In this document: positions 1-8,036 of the stretch, piece after piece | How the letters are laid out: each line of letters begins with the position of its first letter | How positions within the stretch are numbered: the stretch's first letter is position 1 | IMG/VR virus record: IMGVR_UViG_3300045454_000015 | Location: 1 to 61,189 of that record | Reading direction: 5' to 3' (one strand) | Source: a virus | DNA: 61,189 bases | Notes under the pieces: generated by a model | What the model was told of the DNA's origin: nothing | The model's database searches: none | What the model saw: only the letters and a program-made list of their open reading frames with translations | Program-made: the position numbers and the translations under genes

Positions 1-127
1 CTCGATCATGCTGCAAGCTCCAGCGCCATCTGGCGCGGATCGGTTTCGGGTTGCGCGCTGCGGATGCGCACGGCCTTGCGCCTGGGCTGGATCAGGCCGG
101 CCAGGCGGGCGCACTTCGGTCCCCAGT
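1..127. repeat. Terminal direct repeat, identical to 61063..61189 (circular closure overlap)
   Basis: The first 127 nt (ctcgatcatgctgcaagctcc...cggtccccagt) recur exactly as the last 127 nt. Minus-strand genes continue across the junction. Confidence 0.9.
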
Positions 128-200
128 GCTGGTAGCCCCGGCGCGTCAGGATCGACAGCGCGGAGCGGGAAAGGGGCTTTTTGCAGCGTGTGCAGCGCAT
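6..200 (-). CDS. Small Cys-containing (zinc-ribbon-like) protein, 64 aa
   Basis: Internal ATG of track ORF 6..650 (MRCTRCKKPL...GPKCARL). Its start overlaps the upstream stop by 1 nt (TGATG). Its stop overlaps the next gene's ATG (7..9 = 61069..61071). Confidence 0.5.
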   Translation of the reverse strand: MRCTRCKKPLSRSALSILTRRGYQHWGPKCARLAGLIQPRRKAVRIRSAQPETDPRQMALELAA

Positions 201-781
201 CAGGCGGCCTCCCGCATTACGCTGGACCGGCGGGCGACCTCGCACAGCCACTCCGCAAGCTCCGGAGGGGTCGCCTCGAACTCCCGCTTGCTGATGGATG
301 GCCGGCAGCGCGCCTTGTCCCTGCCGCTCCACAGGCCCACCGTGTGCGTCGCCTCGCCAAGGCGCATTGGAATGGGTGGAATGTCCGCCGGCTCGCATCC
401 GACGATGTACAGGCGGGTCCGCTTGCGTGCGCGATGGCCCCACCAGTGCTGGTCGATGATGAGCGTCCAACCCCCATGCTCGTCCCGCATCCCCGGTTCG
501 GGAAGGCCCGCGACCTTCCAGAGAGTAGAGAGCTGCGGGTGCTCGAGGACGCCACCCCACTGACGAACATGGCGGATGGCGAGGTGAGCCAGGTCCTTCT
601 CGCCATCCCTCGGCTTCGCGCAGTGTCGAAGACTTGCCCAGGCCCGGCACGGCGGATGCGCCACCACCGGCACGCCGCCAGGCCAGTTTCGGGCGTCCCT
701 CGCCTCGTCCCAGGCATCGACCCCGGGCATGGTCTTGTAGATCGAGTCCGCGCGCACGAACAGGGCGGCTACCTCACGCAT
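200..781 (-). CDS. Hypothetical protein, 193 aa
   Basis: Track ORF 200..802, with the start chosen at MREVAAL (8-nt overlap with the upstream stop). HPPCRAWS and VLEHP resemble C5-MTase motifs IV/VI only faintly, and no SAM motif I is seen. Confidence 0.55.
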   Translation of the reverse strand: MREVAALFVRADSIYKTMPGVDAWDEARDARNWPGGVPVVAHPPCRAWASLRHCAKPRDGEKDLAHLAIRHVRQWGGVLEHPQLSTLWKVAGLPEPGMRDEHGGWTLIIDQHWWGHRARKRTRLYIVGCEPADIPPIPMRLGEATHTVGLWSGRDKARCRPSISKREFEATPPELAEWLCEVARRSSVMREAA

Positions 782-968
782 GCTCGGCCTCCTCCGGCGC
801 AATCCTGAACTCGCACTCGAACGCGATCACCGCAGGAGGTGCCATGTGCGCCACTCGCGGGTGGTCGATCGGTGCGGCTGTGCGGCGCAGGCAGTCCTCG
901 CAGCCCTCGCGCCATTGGCCTTCGGCTTGCACTCCTGGGCAGCGGGCGACATCGGCGGGTAGGTTCAT
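774..968 (-). CDS. Small Cys-rich protein, 64 aa
   Basis: Internal ATG (MNLPADVARCPG...CEDCLRR) of track ORF 774..1232. ATGA overlap with the ninB stop. Confidence 0.5.
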   Translation of the reverse strand: MNLPADVARCPGVQAEGQWREGCEDCLRRTAAPIDHPRVAHMAPPAVIAFECEFRIAPEEAEHA

Positions 969-1426
969 GCCACCTCCTCCATCAGCCCGGCCCACTCTCG
1001 GCCCAGGCTCGCCGGGCGCCACTGCACGCCATGCTCGTCGCCCCAGGCCATGATGTAGTCGCTCAACTCCACGCACTCCGCCCGCGTCAGCTTCGAGGTG
1101 TGGCGAAACACCACGTCCACGCCGTGCCCGTCGATGGCCGGCAGGAACTCCACCGGGTCGCCCCGCGAGCGCAGCCACGCCGCCGTGAGAAGGCGCTTCC
1201 AGGTATCGGTGTCGCGCTTTCGGCCCATCCACTCCACCTGCCGGGCGATGTCGCCGATGCGGGAATGCAGGAGCCGGTTCTGGGCATCGCTGCGCGTCTC
1301 CAGGCGCACCTCGAGCACCAGCCTGTGGCCGGCGACCAGCATGGCCTTGATCCAGGCCCAGACCTGCGGCAACTGCTGCGCGGCCTGCTGCGCGGTGGCC
1401 AGCACCAGGGTTTGCTTGTCGCTCAC
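965..1426 (-). CDS. ninB: NinB/Orf-family recombination mediator, 153 aa
   Basis: The RSDAQNRLLHSRIGDIARQVEW...DTWKRLLTAAW pattern is typical of lambda NinB. GTG start in a GTGA overlap with the upstream stop. Confidence 0.7.
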   Translation of the reverse strand: MSDKQTLVLATAQQAAQQLPQVWAWIKAMLVAGHRLVLEVRLETRSDAQNRLLHSRIGDIARQVEWMGRKRDTDTWKRLLTAAWLRSRGDPVEFLPAIDGHGVDVVFRHTSKLTRAECVELSDYIMAWGDEHGVQWRPASLGREWAGLMEEVA

Positions 1427-1716
1427 TGCACCTCCTCCACCATCCGCACCACCTCGGGCCGGCGCCCGGTGCGGAAGTGCACAGCCTCCTTCACCACTTC
1501 GGCCCGACCCTCCACGAAAGCACGGCCCAGGGGCGTGATGCGGCACACCTGGTTGCGGCCGTGGCCCGTGGCGGGCTCGATGAGTCCCAGCTCGCGCAGC
1601 CGCTCAATAGGCCAGTAGACGTTCGCCTTACCCCTCACGTGCCCGGTGATCTGAGAGGACATGGCAAGGCCGTCCATCTCGTACAGGCGGCGGATGGCGA
1701 CCTTCCAGGCGCTCAT
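1423..1716 (-). CDS. Winged-helix-like DNA-binding protein, 97 aa
   Basis: Internal ATG (MSAWKVAIRRLYEMDG...) of track ORF 1423..1890. ATGA overlap with the upstream stop. ...WPIERLRELGLIE... resembles a wHTH. Confidence 0.5.
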   Translation of the reverse strand: MSAWKVAIRRLYEMDGLAMSSQITGHVRGKANVYWPIERLRELGLIEPATGHGRNQVCRITPLGRAFVEGRAEVVKEAVHFRTGRRPEVVRMVEEVQ

Positions 1717-2477
1717 GCACCAACCTCCTGGCGCATGGCCGGCGGCAAGGCGCCTGCCTCGACGCCAGCGAAACCCGTGCTCGCGGGCGGCGCTTCTTCG
1801 TGAGCCATCAGGGCACACCTGGCCATGTCCACATGCGCCACCGGCAGGCGCTCGCCAGCTTTCACGCGGTCCAGCAGGCGCTCGGCCCACTCGGTGCCGC
1901 GGCGGATCGTCGGGGCCTCGACCTTGAGCGCGGCTGCGCGCACCTTGGCCTCGTCCCTTGACAGCGGCTCGGGCGCCGGCAGCGCCTTCGGCGGCGGCGG
2001 GATCTCGGCAGGCAGCTCGCCGCGCTCGACCTTGGCCTTGGCCTTCTCGAGCTCACCCTTCCACCGCTCGCCGTGCTTGGCGAGCTCGCCTGTGCGCAGC
2101 TCGTGCGCCATCTCGCGGTAGGCGTGGAAGACCCACGGCGCCGACCAGGTGCCCACCTCGCCGGCCTCGCGCTCCTTGGCGGCCGCCTGGGCCTCGTACC
2201 ACAGCAGCGTGGGGTTCATCGGCGGGCGGCAGAGCTTCAGGAACTCGGGCAGGGTCGGGGGCCAGTCGCGCTGCTCGCACGCGGTCAACCCACGGCGCAG
2301 TTCGTCGCCAGACAGGCCGGCCAGCTTCTGCGCCCAGAAGGCCTTGAGCGTGGCCGGGTCTTGGCTCCCCCACTGGTCCACGAACTTCGAGCCGTACAGA
2401 GCGCCAAGCTCGGCAAAGATGCGCTCGATCCACTTCGTCGGCAAAGGCTCAGACGTCGATGTAGTCGCCAGTTGCAT
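1713..2477 (-). CDS. Replication protein P-like (helicase loader), 254 aa
   Basis: W..RIFAELGALYGSKF and DWPPTLPEFLKLCR resemble the lambda P family. It follows the O-like gene. Confidence 0.6.
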   Translation of the reverse strand: MQLATTSTSEPLPTKWIERIFAELGALYGSKFVDQWGSQDPATLKAFWAQKLAGLSGDELRRGLTACEQRDWPPTLPEFLKLCRPPMNPTLLWYEAQAAAKEREAGEVGTWSAPWVFHAYREMAHELRTGELAKHGERWKGELEKAKAKVERGELPAEIPPPPKALPAPEPLSRDEAKVRAAALKVEAPTIRRGTEWAERLLDRVKAGERLPVAHVDMARCALMAHEEAPPASTGFAGVEAGALPPAMRQEVGA

Positions 2478-3270
2478 GGCTTGCTCCCTTCACGAACTCG
2501 CCGCCCAGGGCGGCCATGGTTTCCTTGCGCTGGTCCATCCGCGTGCCGCCGCGCTCGCCGCTGGAGCGCTGGCACGCGGCCTTGAGGAACGATGGGGGGT
2601 CGGCGGGCCGCTCGAGCACCGCGACGCGCACTGCCTGGACGACGATCTCAGCGCCGTAGTCCTTGACCAGCTTTCCGACGAAGTAGCCGCACTGCTTGGC
2701 AGGCATGCCGCTCTGCTCCAGCAGCGACTTCCCAGCTGCCCAAAGCTCGTCCTTGGTCATCTGCTCAATGGTCTTGGCCGGCGGCGAGCCGCCCGCTCCG
2801 TCAGGAGCGGAAGAAGCGAACGTAGTGAGCGGTGTAGGTGATGGTGGAGGGCATTCCTCATGCATATGCTCTGGCAATGCTTGTGGCATGCTTGGAGCAT
2901 TGCTTGAGGAATGCTCTTGAGGCTTCTTCCATCGTGCTTGTGCTGCCCTGCCGGCTTTCTCCGCGGCCTTCTTGGAGCGTTCATCAGCCTCCGCAATCTC
3001 GGCTTCGACACGCTTGTGCCACCACACGCCGTCACCGACCCTGAAGAACTTGGCCAGCACCGGGCGAACCCTCTTCCATTCGGAGCGCTCCAGCTTCGTG
3101 ATCGCTCGCAGCTCCTCGTCATCGTCAGCCAACGCCTTGCGCTCGCGCCAGTAGGCAATGAGCAGCAGCAGGTAGGCCCCGTGCTGAAGCGTGGTGAGCT
3201 TCATGGTGTCGGCCAGGTAGGCGCCGATCCACAGCGGCATCCAGGTGTCGGCCTTCTTGTCACCGGCCAT
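2449..3270 (-). CDS. DUF1376/YdaU-family replication initiation (O-like) protein, 273 aa
   Basis: WMPLWIGAYLADTMKLTTLQHGAYLLLLIAYW is the DUF1376 signature. Start MAGDKK overlaps the upstream stop (TGATG). Confidence 0.7.
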   Translation of the reverse strand: MAGDKKADTWMPLWIGAYLADTMKLTTLQHGAYLLLLIAYWRERKALADDDEELRAITKLERSEWKRVRPVLAKFFRVGDGVWWHKRVEAEIAEADERSKKAAEKAGRAAQARWKKPQEHSSSNAPSMPQALPEHMHEECPPPSPTPLTTFASSAPDGAGGSPPAKTIEQMTKDELWAAGKSLLEQSGMPAKQCGYFVGKLVKDYGAEIVVQAVRVAVLERPADPPSFLKAACQRSSGERGGTRMDQRKETMAALGGEFVKGASHATGDYIDV

Positions 3271-3920
3271 CAGGCTGCCTCCCACGAGAAAAGGTCCATG
3301 GTTGCTGGCGGCTCTGGCTGGGCAAGAGTGCGCTCCACGTGTTCAATGCGTGCCCGAGCAATCGCCACATATTCCTCCTCACGCTCGATGCCGACGAACC
3401 TGAAGCCCTCCAGGACGGCGCCTCTTCCAGTGCTGCCGCTGCCCATGAACGGGTCCAGCACCACGCCGCCGGGAGGTGTCACCAGGCGGCAGAGGTAGCG
3501 CATCAGGTCGGTGGGCTTGACGGTGGGGTGGTTGTTCTTGCCCTGGGCGGGCGGCTTGCCGTCGATGCGCGTGTCGTTGCCGACCATGCGTCGGCCGCGA
3601 TGTTGGCCGTAGGGGTCGGCCGTCACGGTCGGCATGTGGCCCAAGCCTTCGTCCCGCTCCCGCTTGCTCGCCTTGGCGCAGTAGAAGAACCGGGCGGCGC
3701 TGCCGGTGTCGCCCCTTGGGGTGGTGGCCGGGCGCCCGTTGAACTGCCCGTAGACGGCGTTCGTCTTGCTGCTCGGCTCATTGCCAGTAACGGCGCCCTG
3801 CTGACCGTTGGCCTGCGGGAACGCCGCCAGCACCTCGTCGCGCGCCGGGTTCGGCTCCGCCCGAAACAGCGCCTGCAGGTGCGCCGGCATGGCCTTGTAT
3901 GTCTCCTCGTCAATCCGCAT
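3270..3920 (-). CDS. DNA methyltransferase, C-terminal half (SAM-binding part), 216 aa
   Basis: ARFFYCAKASKRER, NHPTVKPTDLMRYL and DPFMGSGSTG (motif I) are typical of N6_N4 beta-class MTases. The catalytic DPPY is absent here. Confidence 0.85.
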   Translation of the reverse strand: MRIDEETYKAMPAHLQALFRAEPNPARDEVLAAFPQANGQQGAVTGNEPSSKTNAVYGQFNGRPATTPRGDTGSAARFFYCAKASKRERDEGLGHMPTVTADPYGQHRGRRMVGNDTRIDGKPPAQGKNNHPTVKPTDLMRYLCRLVTPPGGVVLDPFMGSGSTGRGAVLEGFRFVGIEREEEYVAIARARIEHVERTLAQPEPPATMDLFSWEAA

Positions 3921-4515
3921 AGCGAGTCCTTCCGTGTTCTTCGTAATGGCATGCGCGGCAGAGCGTCACGCCGTTGTCGAGCGCCCAGAGTTCGGCGGCA
4001 TGAAGGCGGGCGTCGTCTCGCGACGAGATGCCAAGCGCCTCGATCAGATCCGCAAGCGGTGTGCGGTGGTGGGCCTCAAGGGTTTCCGTGGCGGCGCAGC
4101 GCGTGCATTTATGGCCGTCCCGCGCCTTCACCGCATCCATCCAGCGACGGTTCTCGGTCATGCGCCGGATCGACGCATTCAGCTTGGACGCCCCTCCCTT
4201 CCATCGGTAGTGCGCCTCGCCGCGCACCTTTTCGCCGCGAGCCGCCACGCGATCCGGGTTCGCTGCGCACCAGGCTTTGTGGGACGCGGAAGTCTTGGCC
4301 TTAGACTCGGCGCGGTGCCGATAGCCGGCGCGTCGGTTGTCTCCGGGGCGGCGCCCCAGCTTCAGCGCAGCGGCTTGCGCCTCGGTCACGCCGGATGCGG
4401 CCTGCGCCTGCCCCCGATGCTCAAGGCAGGCGACGTGACGAACCCGCGCGAGATCGGAGGGCCGCCGATACAGCGGCTTCTGGCAGATCACGCAGGCGCA
4501 GTTAGGCGTTCGCAT
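3910..4515 (-). CDS. HNH homing-type endonuclease, 201 aa
   Basis: CTRCAATETLEAHHRTPL...NGVTLCRACHYEEH is an HNH motif, with an N-terminal CxxC. It lies between the two MTase halves and overlaps both. Confidence 0.85.
   Translation of the reverse strand: MRTPNCACVICQKPLYRRPSDLARVRHVACLEHRGQAQAASGVTEAQAAALKLGRRPGDNRRAGYRHRAESKAKTSASHKAWCAANPDRVAARGEKVRGEAHYRWKGGASKLNASIRRMTENRRWMDAVKARDGHKCTRCAATETLEAHHRTPLADLIEALGISSRDDARLHAAELWALDNGVTLCRACHYEEHGRTRYAD
3910..4515 (-). mobile_element. Free-standing homing endonuclease gene inserted in the MTase gene
   Basis: The HNH ORF separates MTase motif IV and motif I, which are contiguous in this enzyme class. Confidence 0.6.
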
Positions 4516-5665
4516 CCATCCACTCCGAGAGTTGTCGAAGCTGGCCGGGCGTCACGTCGTCGCGCAGCGCGTACTGGTCTTCGGGAACCGACAGGATCAG
4601 GTTGGCGGGCCAGCGGCCAACATAGGTCTTCGGATCGCCCTGCGTGCCGCGCCGCGCCTCAGCGGTACCGGCTGCGCCCAGCGCGTTGCCGTGGCAGGGC
4701 GCTAGCGAAGTGAAAGCCGCGACGCGCACTTCATCGCCCACCCTGCATCCGTCGATGTTCAACGCCCCAGTGCCATGCGCCTGCACGTTCTCGGCCACGG
4801 TACCGGCCAGGGGCTTGCGGGCCACCACAATGCTTTCCCATGCGGGCTTGAGCGCTGTTCCCCAGCCCTCCCATTCGCCGCTCAGGTTGTGACTCTTGGG
4901 GAATCCCGAGCCAAAAATCCAGCCGATGCAATCCCGCACCTCGAAGCCTGCGTCCTCGATTCCGGCTGCCAGTCGGTGATACTGCCGCGGCGCGCCAAAG
5001 GCGAGCATGTGCCCGCCCGGCTTCAGGACGCGCAAGCACTCGGCTGCCCAAACCCGGCACCAGTCTTGGAATCGGTGCCCAGACCACGGAACGTCGGTGT
5101 AGCGCCGAACATCCTCCAGTCGCGCCTTCAAGAGCGCGGCGCGCGACTGGTCGGCTTGACCATGCCAGCGGTTTCCGCGCGGGCGCTCCAGCCACTCCCA
5201 CACAGCCTGAGCCCACACCTCGAAGTCGTTCGCCTTCTTGGCCGTCAAGGGGTAACGCCGAAACAGGCCGACCAAAGCCTCACACCCCTCTTTGTCCTGC
5301 ACGACGTAGACCGCTTGAGGGCTGCTACTGCCCTCGCCGTCCGCATCCCGAACGGTACCGTGGCCGACGAACCGCCGGATGCGCTCCAACACCGCCCGGT
5401 CGTCGCGGCGCAACTTGATCTGAAAGGCGCAGATATGCGTTCCTCTTTCGTGGCGCTGAACCCGGAAACACCCCTCGCCGTCCGTGAATCCGGCCAGCCA
5501 GTAGCCGAACCCGGCATCCTCACGCCCGTCGTGTTTATCCCATTGCTTGCCCATGAATCCGCCGGGCAGCGCATAGGGCGGATCGGTGACGATCGCGTCG
5601 ATGCTGTTCTCGGGCATGCCGCGCAGCACCTCCAGACAGTCGCCGTGGTGGATATCGAACGGCAT
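4502..5665 (-). CDS. DNA methyltransferase, N-terminal half, with an in-frame LAGLIDADG domain, 387 aa
   Basis: GDCLEVL...IVTDPPY (motif IV), RVLKPGG and GRWPANLIL are present. An inserted segment YWLAGFTDGEGCFRV...YPLTAKKANDFEVW lies at about nt 5081-5527. Confidence 0.85.
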   Translation of the reverse strand: MPFDIHHGDCLEVLRGMPENSIDAIVTDPPYALPGGFMGKQWDKHDGREDAGFGYWLAGFTDGEGCFRVQRHERGTHICAFQIKLRRDDRAVLERIRRFVGHGTVRDADGEGSSSPQAVYVVQDKEGCEALVGLFRRYPLTAKKANDFEVWAQAVWEWLERPRGNRWHGQADQSRAALLKARLEDVRRYTDVPWSGHRFQDWCRVWAAECLRVLKPGGHMLAFGAPRQYHRLAAGIEDAGFEVRDCIGWIFGSGFPKSHNLSGEWEGWGTALKPAWESIVVARKPLAGTVAENVQAHGTGALNIDGCRVGDEVRVAAFTSLAPCHGNALGAAGTAEARRGTQGDPKTYVGRWPANLILSVPEDQYALRDDVTPGQLRQLSEWMDANA

Positions 5666-6018
5666 CAGTGCACACATCGGATCAGGTACACGGCCACCGG
5701 GTGACTGCGGGTCTTGACGGCTGCGGCCTTCGCGTACACCTGCGATCCATCCGGGTGTGTCTTCGGCGCGATCAGCCCGGCGCGCATCAGTAGGCGCGGC
5801 GCGGAGCCCCAGGCCGCCGAGCTGGGCGGCTGCTGCTTGGCTGCTGCTCTGAACTCTTCAACTCTGAAATCGCGCAGGCCCATCGCCACGCGCCTGGCGG
5901 CCCAGGCCCGGAACTCGGCCAACATGCGGTCGGCCCAGCTCTCGTCGATGTCGAGCGCGAGCTGCTGGCCAAGAGCCTTGCGGCGCTGGCCTTCTTGGGG
6001 GTCGAGGAGCACTGTCAT
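5665..6018 (-). CDS. Hypothetical protein, 117 aa
   Basis: Internal ATG (MTVLLDPQEG) of track ORF 5665..6066. ATGA overlap with the upstream stop. Confidence 0.5.
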   Translation of the reverse strand: MTVLLDPQEGQRRKALGQQLALDIDESWADRMLAEFRAWAARRVAMGLRDFRVEEFRAAAKQQPPSSAAWGSAPRLLMRAGLIAPKTHPDGSQVYAKAAAVKTRSHPVAVYLIRCVH

Positions 6019-6218
6019 GCCAGCGCCTCCACCCAGGTCGCACGAGGGCGCGGCGCTACGTGCCACGCGCCCTGCGGCACCCAGACGACACCGGACGACT
6101 CGGCCTTCAAGGGCGGCAGGTCGCCCGTCACACGAAGGGCTGCGGTGATCGTCTTGCGTGAGACTTCGACGCCAGCACGCGCTGCGTCGAGAATCTCCTT
6201 GGCTTCAGCCTTGGTCAT
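6015..6218 (-). CDS. Hypothetical protein, 67 aa
   Basis: Track ORF on the operon strand, coupled to its neighbours. Confidence 0.5.
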   Translation of the reverse strand: MTKAEAKEILDAARAGVEVSRKTITAALRVTGDLPPLKAESSGVVWVPQGAWHVAPRPRATWVEALA

Positions 6219-6450
6219 TGCTCTTGCTCCTGAATCGCCACACCGTCTCGCTCTCGATCCACCCAGCAGTGCGCAAGAACGCCAGGGCGTTGCGGGCGTA
6301 GCGCACGGTCACACCGAACTTCGTGGCAACGTCGTGAGCGCTGAGGGTTTCGTTGGGCCCTGCCGCGCGGAACCACTCGGCGAGCTGCTCGCGCAGGGCT
6401 GGGCGAAGGAGCTTGCCGCGGCGACGGATCTGGAAGTCCATGGGCGTCAC
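6205..6450 (-). CDS. Hypothetical, possibly wHTH, protein, 81 aa
   Basis: GTG at 6450 (GTGA overlap) or ATG at 6441. HDVATKFGVTVRYARNALAFL is HTH-like. Confidence 0.5.
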   Translation of the reverse strand: MTPMDFQIRRRGKLLRPALREQLAEWFRAAGPNETLSAHDVATKFGVTVRYARNALAFLRTAGWIESETVWRFRSKSNDQG

Positions 6451-6635
6451 TCATGCTTGGCCACCTGGCGCATCACCAGCAGCAGCGGGTACTCGCCCTC
6501 GGCTCGGTCGTCGCATGTGGCGATGCGCTCGGCCTGTGGCTCGCTTTCGATGCGGGCGTAGCGCTCACAGTCCAGGTGGTGCGTGCAGCACACGCCGAAG
6601 CACGCCGGGTTCGTGGGGGTGATGGGGTGGATCAC
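6447..6635 (-). CDS. Small Cys-rich protein, 62 aa
   Basis: GTG start in a GTGA overlap. Sequence includes PACFGVCCTHHLDCERY. Confidence 0.45.
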   Translation of the reverse strand: MIHPITPTNPACFGVCCTHHLDCERYARIESEPQAERIATCDDRAEGEYPLLLVMRQVAKHE

Positions 6636-7108
6636 GATGCCTCCTTGATCAGGGTTTCCGTGCCATCCGGGTTGCGGCGCGTGACGCGGCCGTCGCGGTA
6701 GTGCAGCAAGTCGCCGTGGCGGCTCGGGCAGTTGAGGTAGTCCAGCCCGCCGCGGCGGATGGGGGCCGGCGGGAGTTCGCGGGCGGTGAACTGGGTGGTG
6801 TCGCGCGGGGTGGCGATGCTGGTGTCTGTGCACACACTCAGCACCGGCGGGTAGCCGGGATGCTCCTCGCCGTAGGGCAGCTTGCAGGAGGGGCCGAACC
6901 AGTAGCGCGCATCCTGGCCCACGCCGGGGCTGTCTGAGGCGAGGTAGCCTTGCTGCTTGAGATTGCCCACCACCCTGAAGAGCTTGTAGTGCCCGGCCCT
7001 GCAGGCCTTCACCACGTCGGGATGCTCGGCAATCTCAGACATGAGGACCTTGCGGCGGAACGACACCACCGCGCGCCACGTCATCAGGGTCACTTCCGCC
7101 AGCCTCAT
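6632..7108 (-). CDS. Hypothetical protein, 158 aa
   Basis: Track ORF with an ATGA overlap with the upstream stop. Confidence 0.55.
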   Translation of the reverse strand: MRLAEVTLMTWRAVVSFRRKVLMSEIAEHPDVVKACRAGHYKLFRVVGNLKQQGYLASDSPGVGQDARYWFGPSCKLPYGEEHPGYPPVLSVCTDTSIATPRDTTQFTARELPPAPIRRGGLDYLNCPSRHGDLLHYRDGRVTRRNPDGTETLIKEAS

Positions 7109-7389
7109 GCGCTGACCTCAGCAGGCTTGACGGCCTGGCGCTTGAGCCAGTCAGGGTCGCAGCGCCCCGCCTTGCTCATCGCGTAGGCGTGCTTCGATGC
7201 GCAATCAGCGCAGAAAGAAAATGAGGTGTTGAACACCCCTTTCCCCTTGACCACGATGACCACCTGGGGCTCGCCGGCCGAGTTCTGGGCAGCAGCAGCG
7301 GCCTTGAGGTATTCGACCCACTGGGTGCGCGAGTCAAAGCATGGCGGCGCCTTGGGGGCCGCGTGGTCGATGAAGTCGGCAAGGTTCAT
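7105..7389 (-). CDS. Hypothetical protein, 94 aa
   Basis: Track ORF. The first 16 nt (ATGAACCTTGCCGACT) are identical to the cro-like gene start. Confidence 0.55.
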   Translation of the reverse strand: MNLADFIDHAAPKAPPCFDSRTQWVEYLKAAAAAQNSAGEPQVVIVVKGKGVFNTSFSFCADCASKHAYAMSKAGRCDPDWLKRQAVKPAEVSA

Positions 7390-7757
7390 CAGGCGCTCCC
7401 TGTGCGTCGGTTGAAGGCTGCGAGTTGAGCCATCACGCCCTCAAGGGCAGCGGTCAAGCGCCGCCGCTCCTCGGACTCGTGCTCTTCCTTGGTGATGGGC
7501 TCGGGGTGCCGGTAGCCCAGGTCGGCACAGATGAACTCCAGGGCCGCGTGGCATCCGCGCTCGCGCGCCATGCGCATGAGCATCAGCACCTCTTCCGGGC
7601 CCAGCTTCTCGTTGCGCTCCGGGTTCAGGCAGGCCAGCAGCCGACGCTGCGCGGCCTCCACGCCCAGGGCGGGCCACAACGCCACACCCACCGACTTGGA
7701 GCCGCCGCAGACCTTCACGCAGTCGATCAGGGCATCGTTGAAGGACTCAGCGACCAT
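7389..7757 (-). CDS. Putative regulatory protein in the cII position, 122 aa
   Basis: Internal ATG (MVAESFNDALIDCVK...) of track ORF 7389..8054. It is the first gene after the cro-like gene. Confidence 0.5.
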   Translation of the reverse strand: MVAESFNDALIDCVKVCGGSKSVGVALWPALGVEAAQRRLLACLNPERNEKLGPEEVLMLMRMARERGCHAALEFICADLGYRHPEPITKEEHESEERRRLTAALEGVMAQLAAFNRRTGSA

Positions 7758-7841
7758 CGTGAGAGCCCTTTCCAAACGACCACAAATCGCGGCCAGACGT
7801 TTGGGATGCGTGTGGAAAGCCCGCCCGGCACAGTGAGTGCC

Positions 7842-8036
7842 ATGACGACGAACCGACCGAAGAAAAACCCGCCGCGGCCGAAGCCGCAGCGGAAGGCCGC
7901 GCCGCGAGGAGACAGTTGCGAGGAGTCGGCGCGGGATGCGATGTGGGCCAGCCTGCGCGTGAGCGAGATGCTGGCCCGCGTGCAGCGGTGGGCACAGCAC
8001 GAGCTGCGCTCGGGCTGGCGCGATGGGGATGCGTGA
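7842..8036 (+). CDS. Possible reverse-oriented small basic protein, 64 aa
   Basis: MTTNRPKKNPPRPKPQRK.... By hand count about 55 of 64 codons end in G/C. It lies in the otherwise empty 300-nt gap of the minus-strand operon. No clear SD or promoter. Confidence 0.35.
   Translation: MTTNRPKKNPPRPKPQRKAAPRGDSCEESARDAMWASLRVSEMLARVQRWAQHELRSGWRDGDA

Noticed and set aside
1-127. The 127-bp ends as physical direct terminal repeats or as att sites.
   Set aside because: The repeat cuts through coding sequence of a coupled operon, and a separate tRNA-derived attP exists next to int. Its length equals a typical maximum assembler k-mer. Physical ends cannot be excluded without reads.
200-781. A C5-cytosine methyltransferase.
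   Set aside because: Only PPC and EHP tripeptide resemblances to motifs IV and VI are seen. There is no FxGxG SAM motif and the protein is too short. It is left as hypothetical.
5081-5527. An intein in the methyltransferase.
   Set aside because: A LAGLIDADG domain is present. However, I find no Cys/Ser N-terminal junction residue, no TxxH block B and no terminal HN followed by Cys/Ser/Thr. The call is an in-frame domain insertion pending profile searches.
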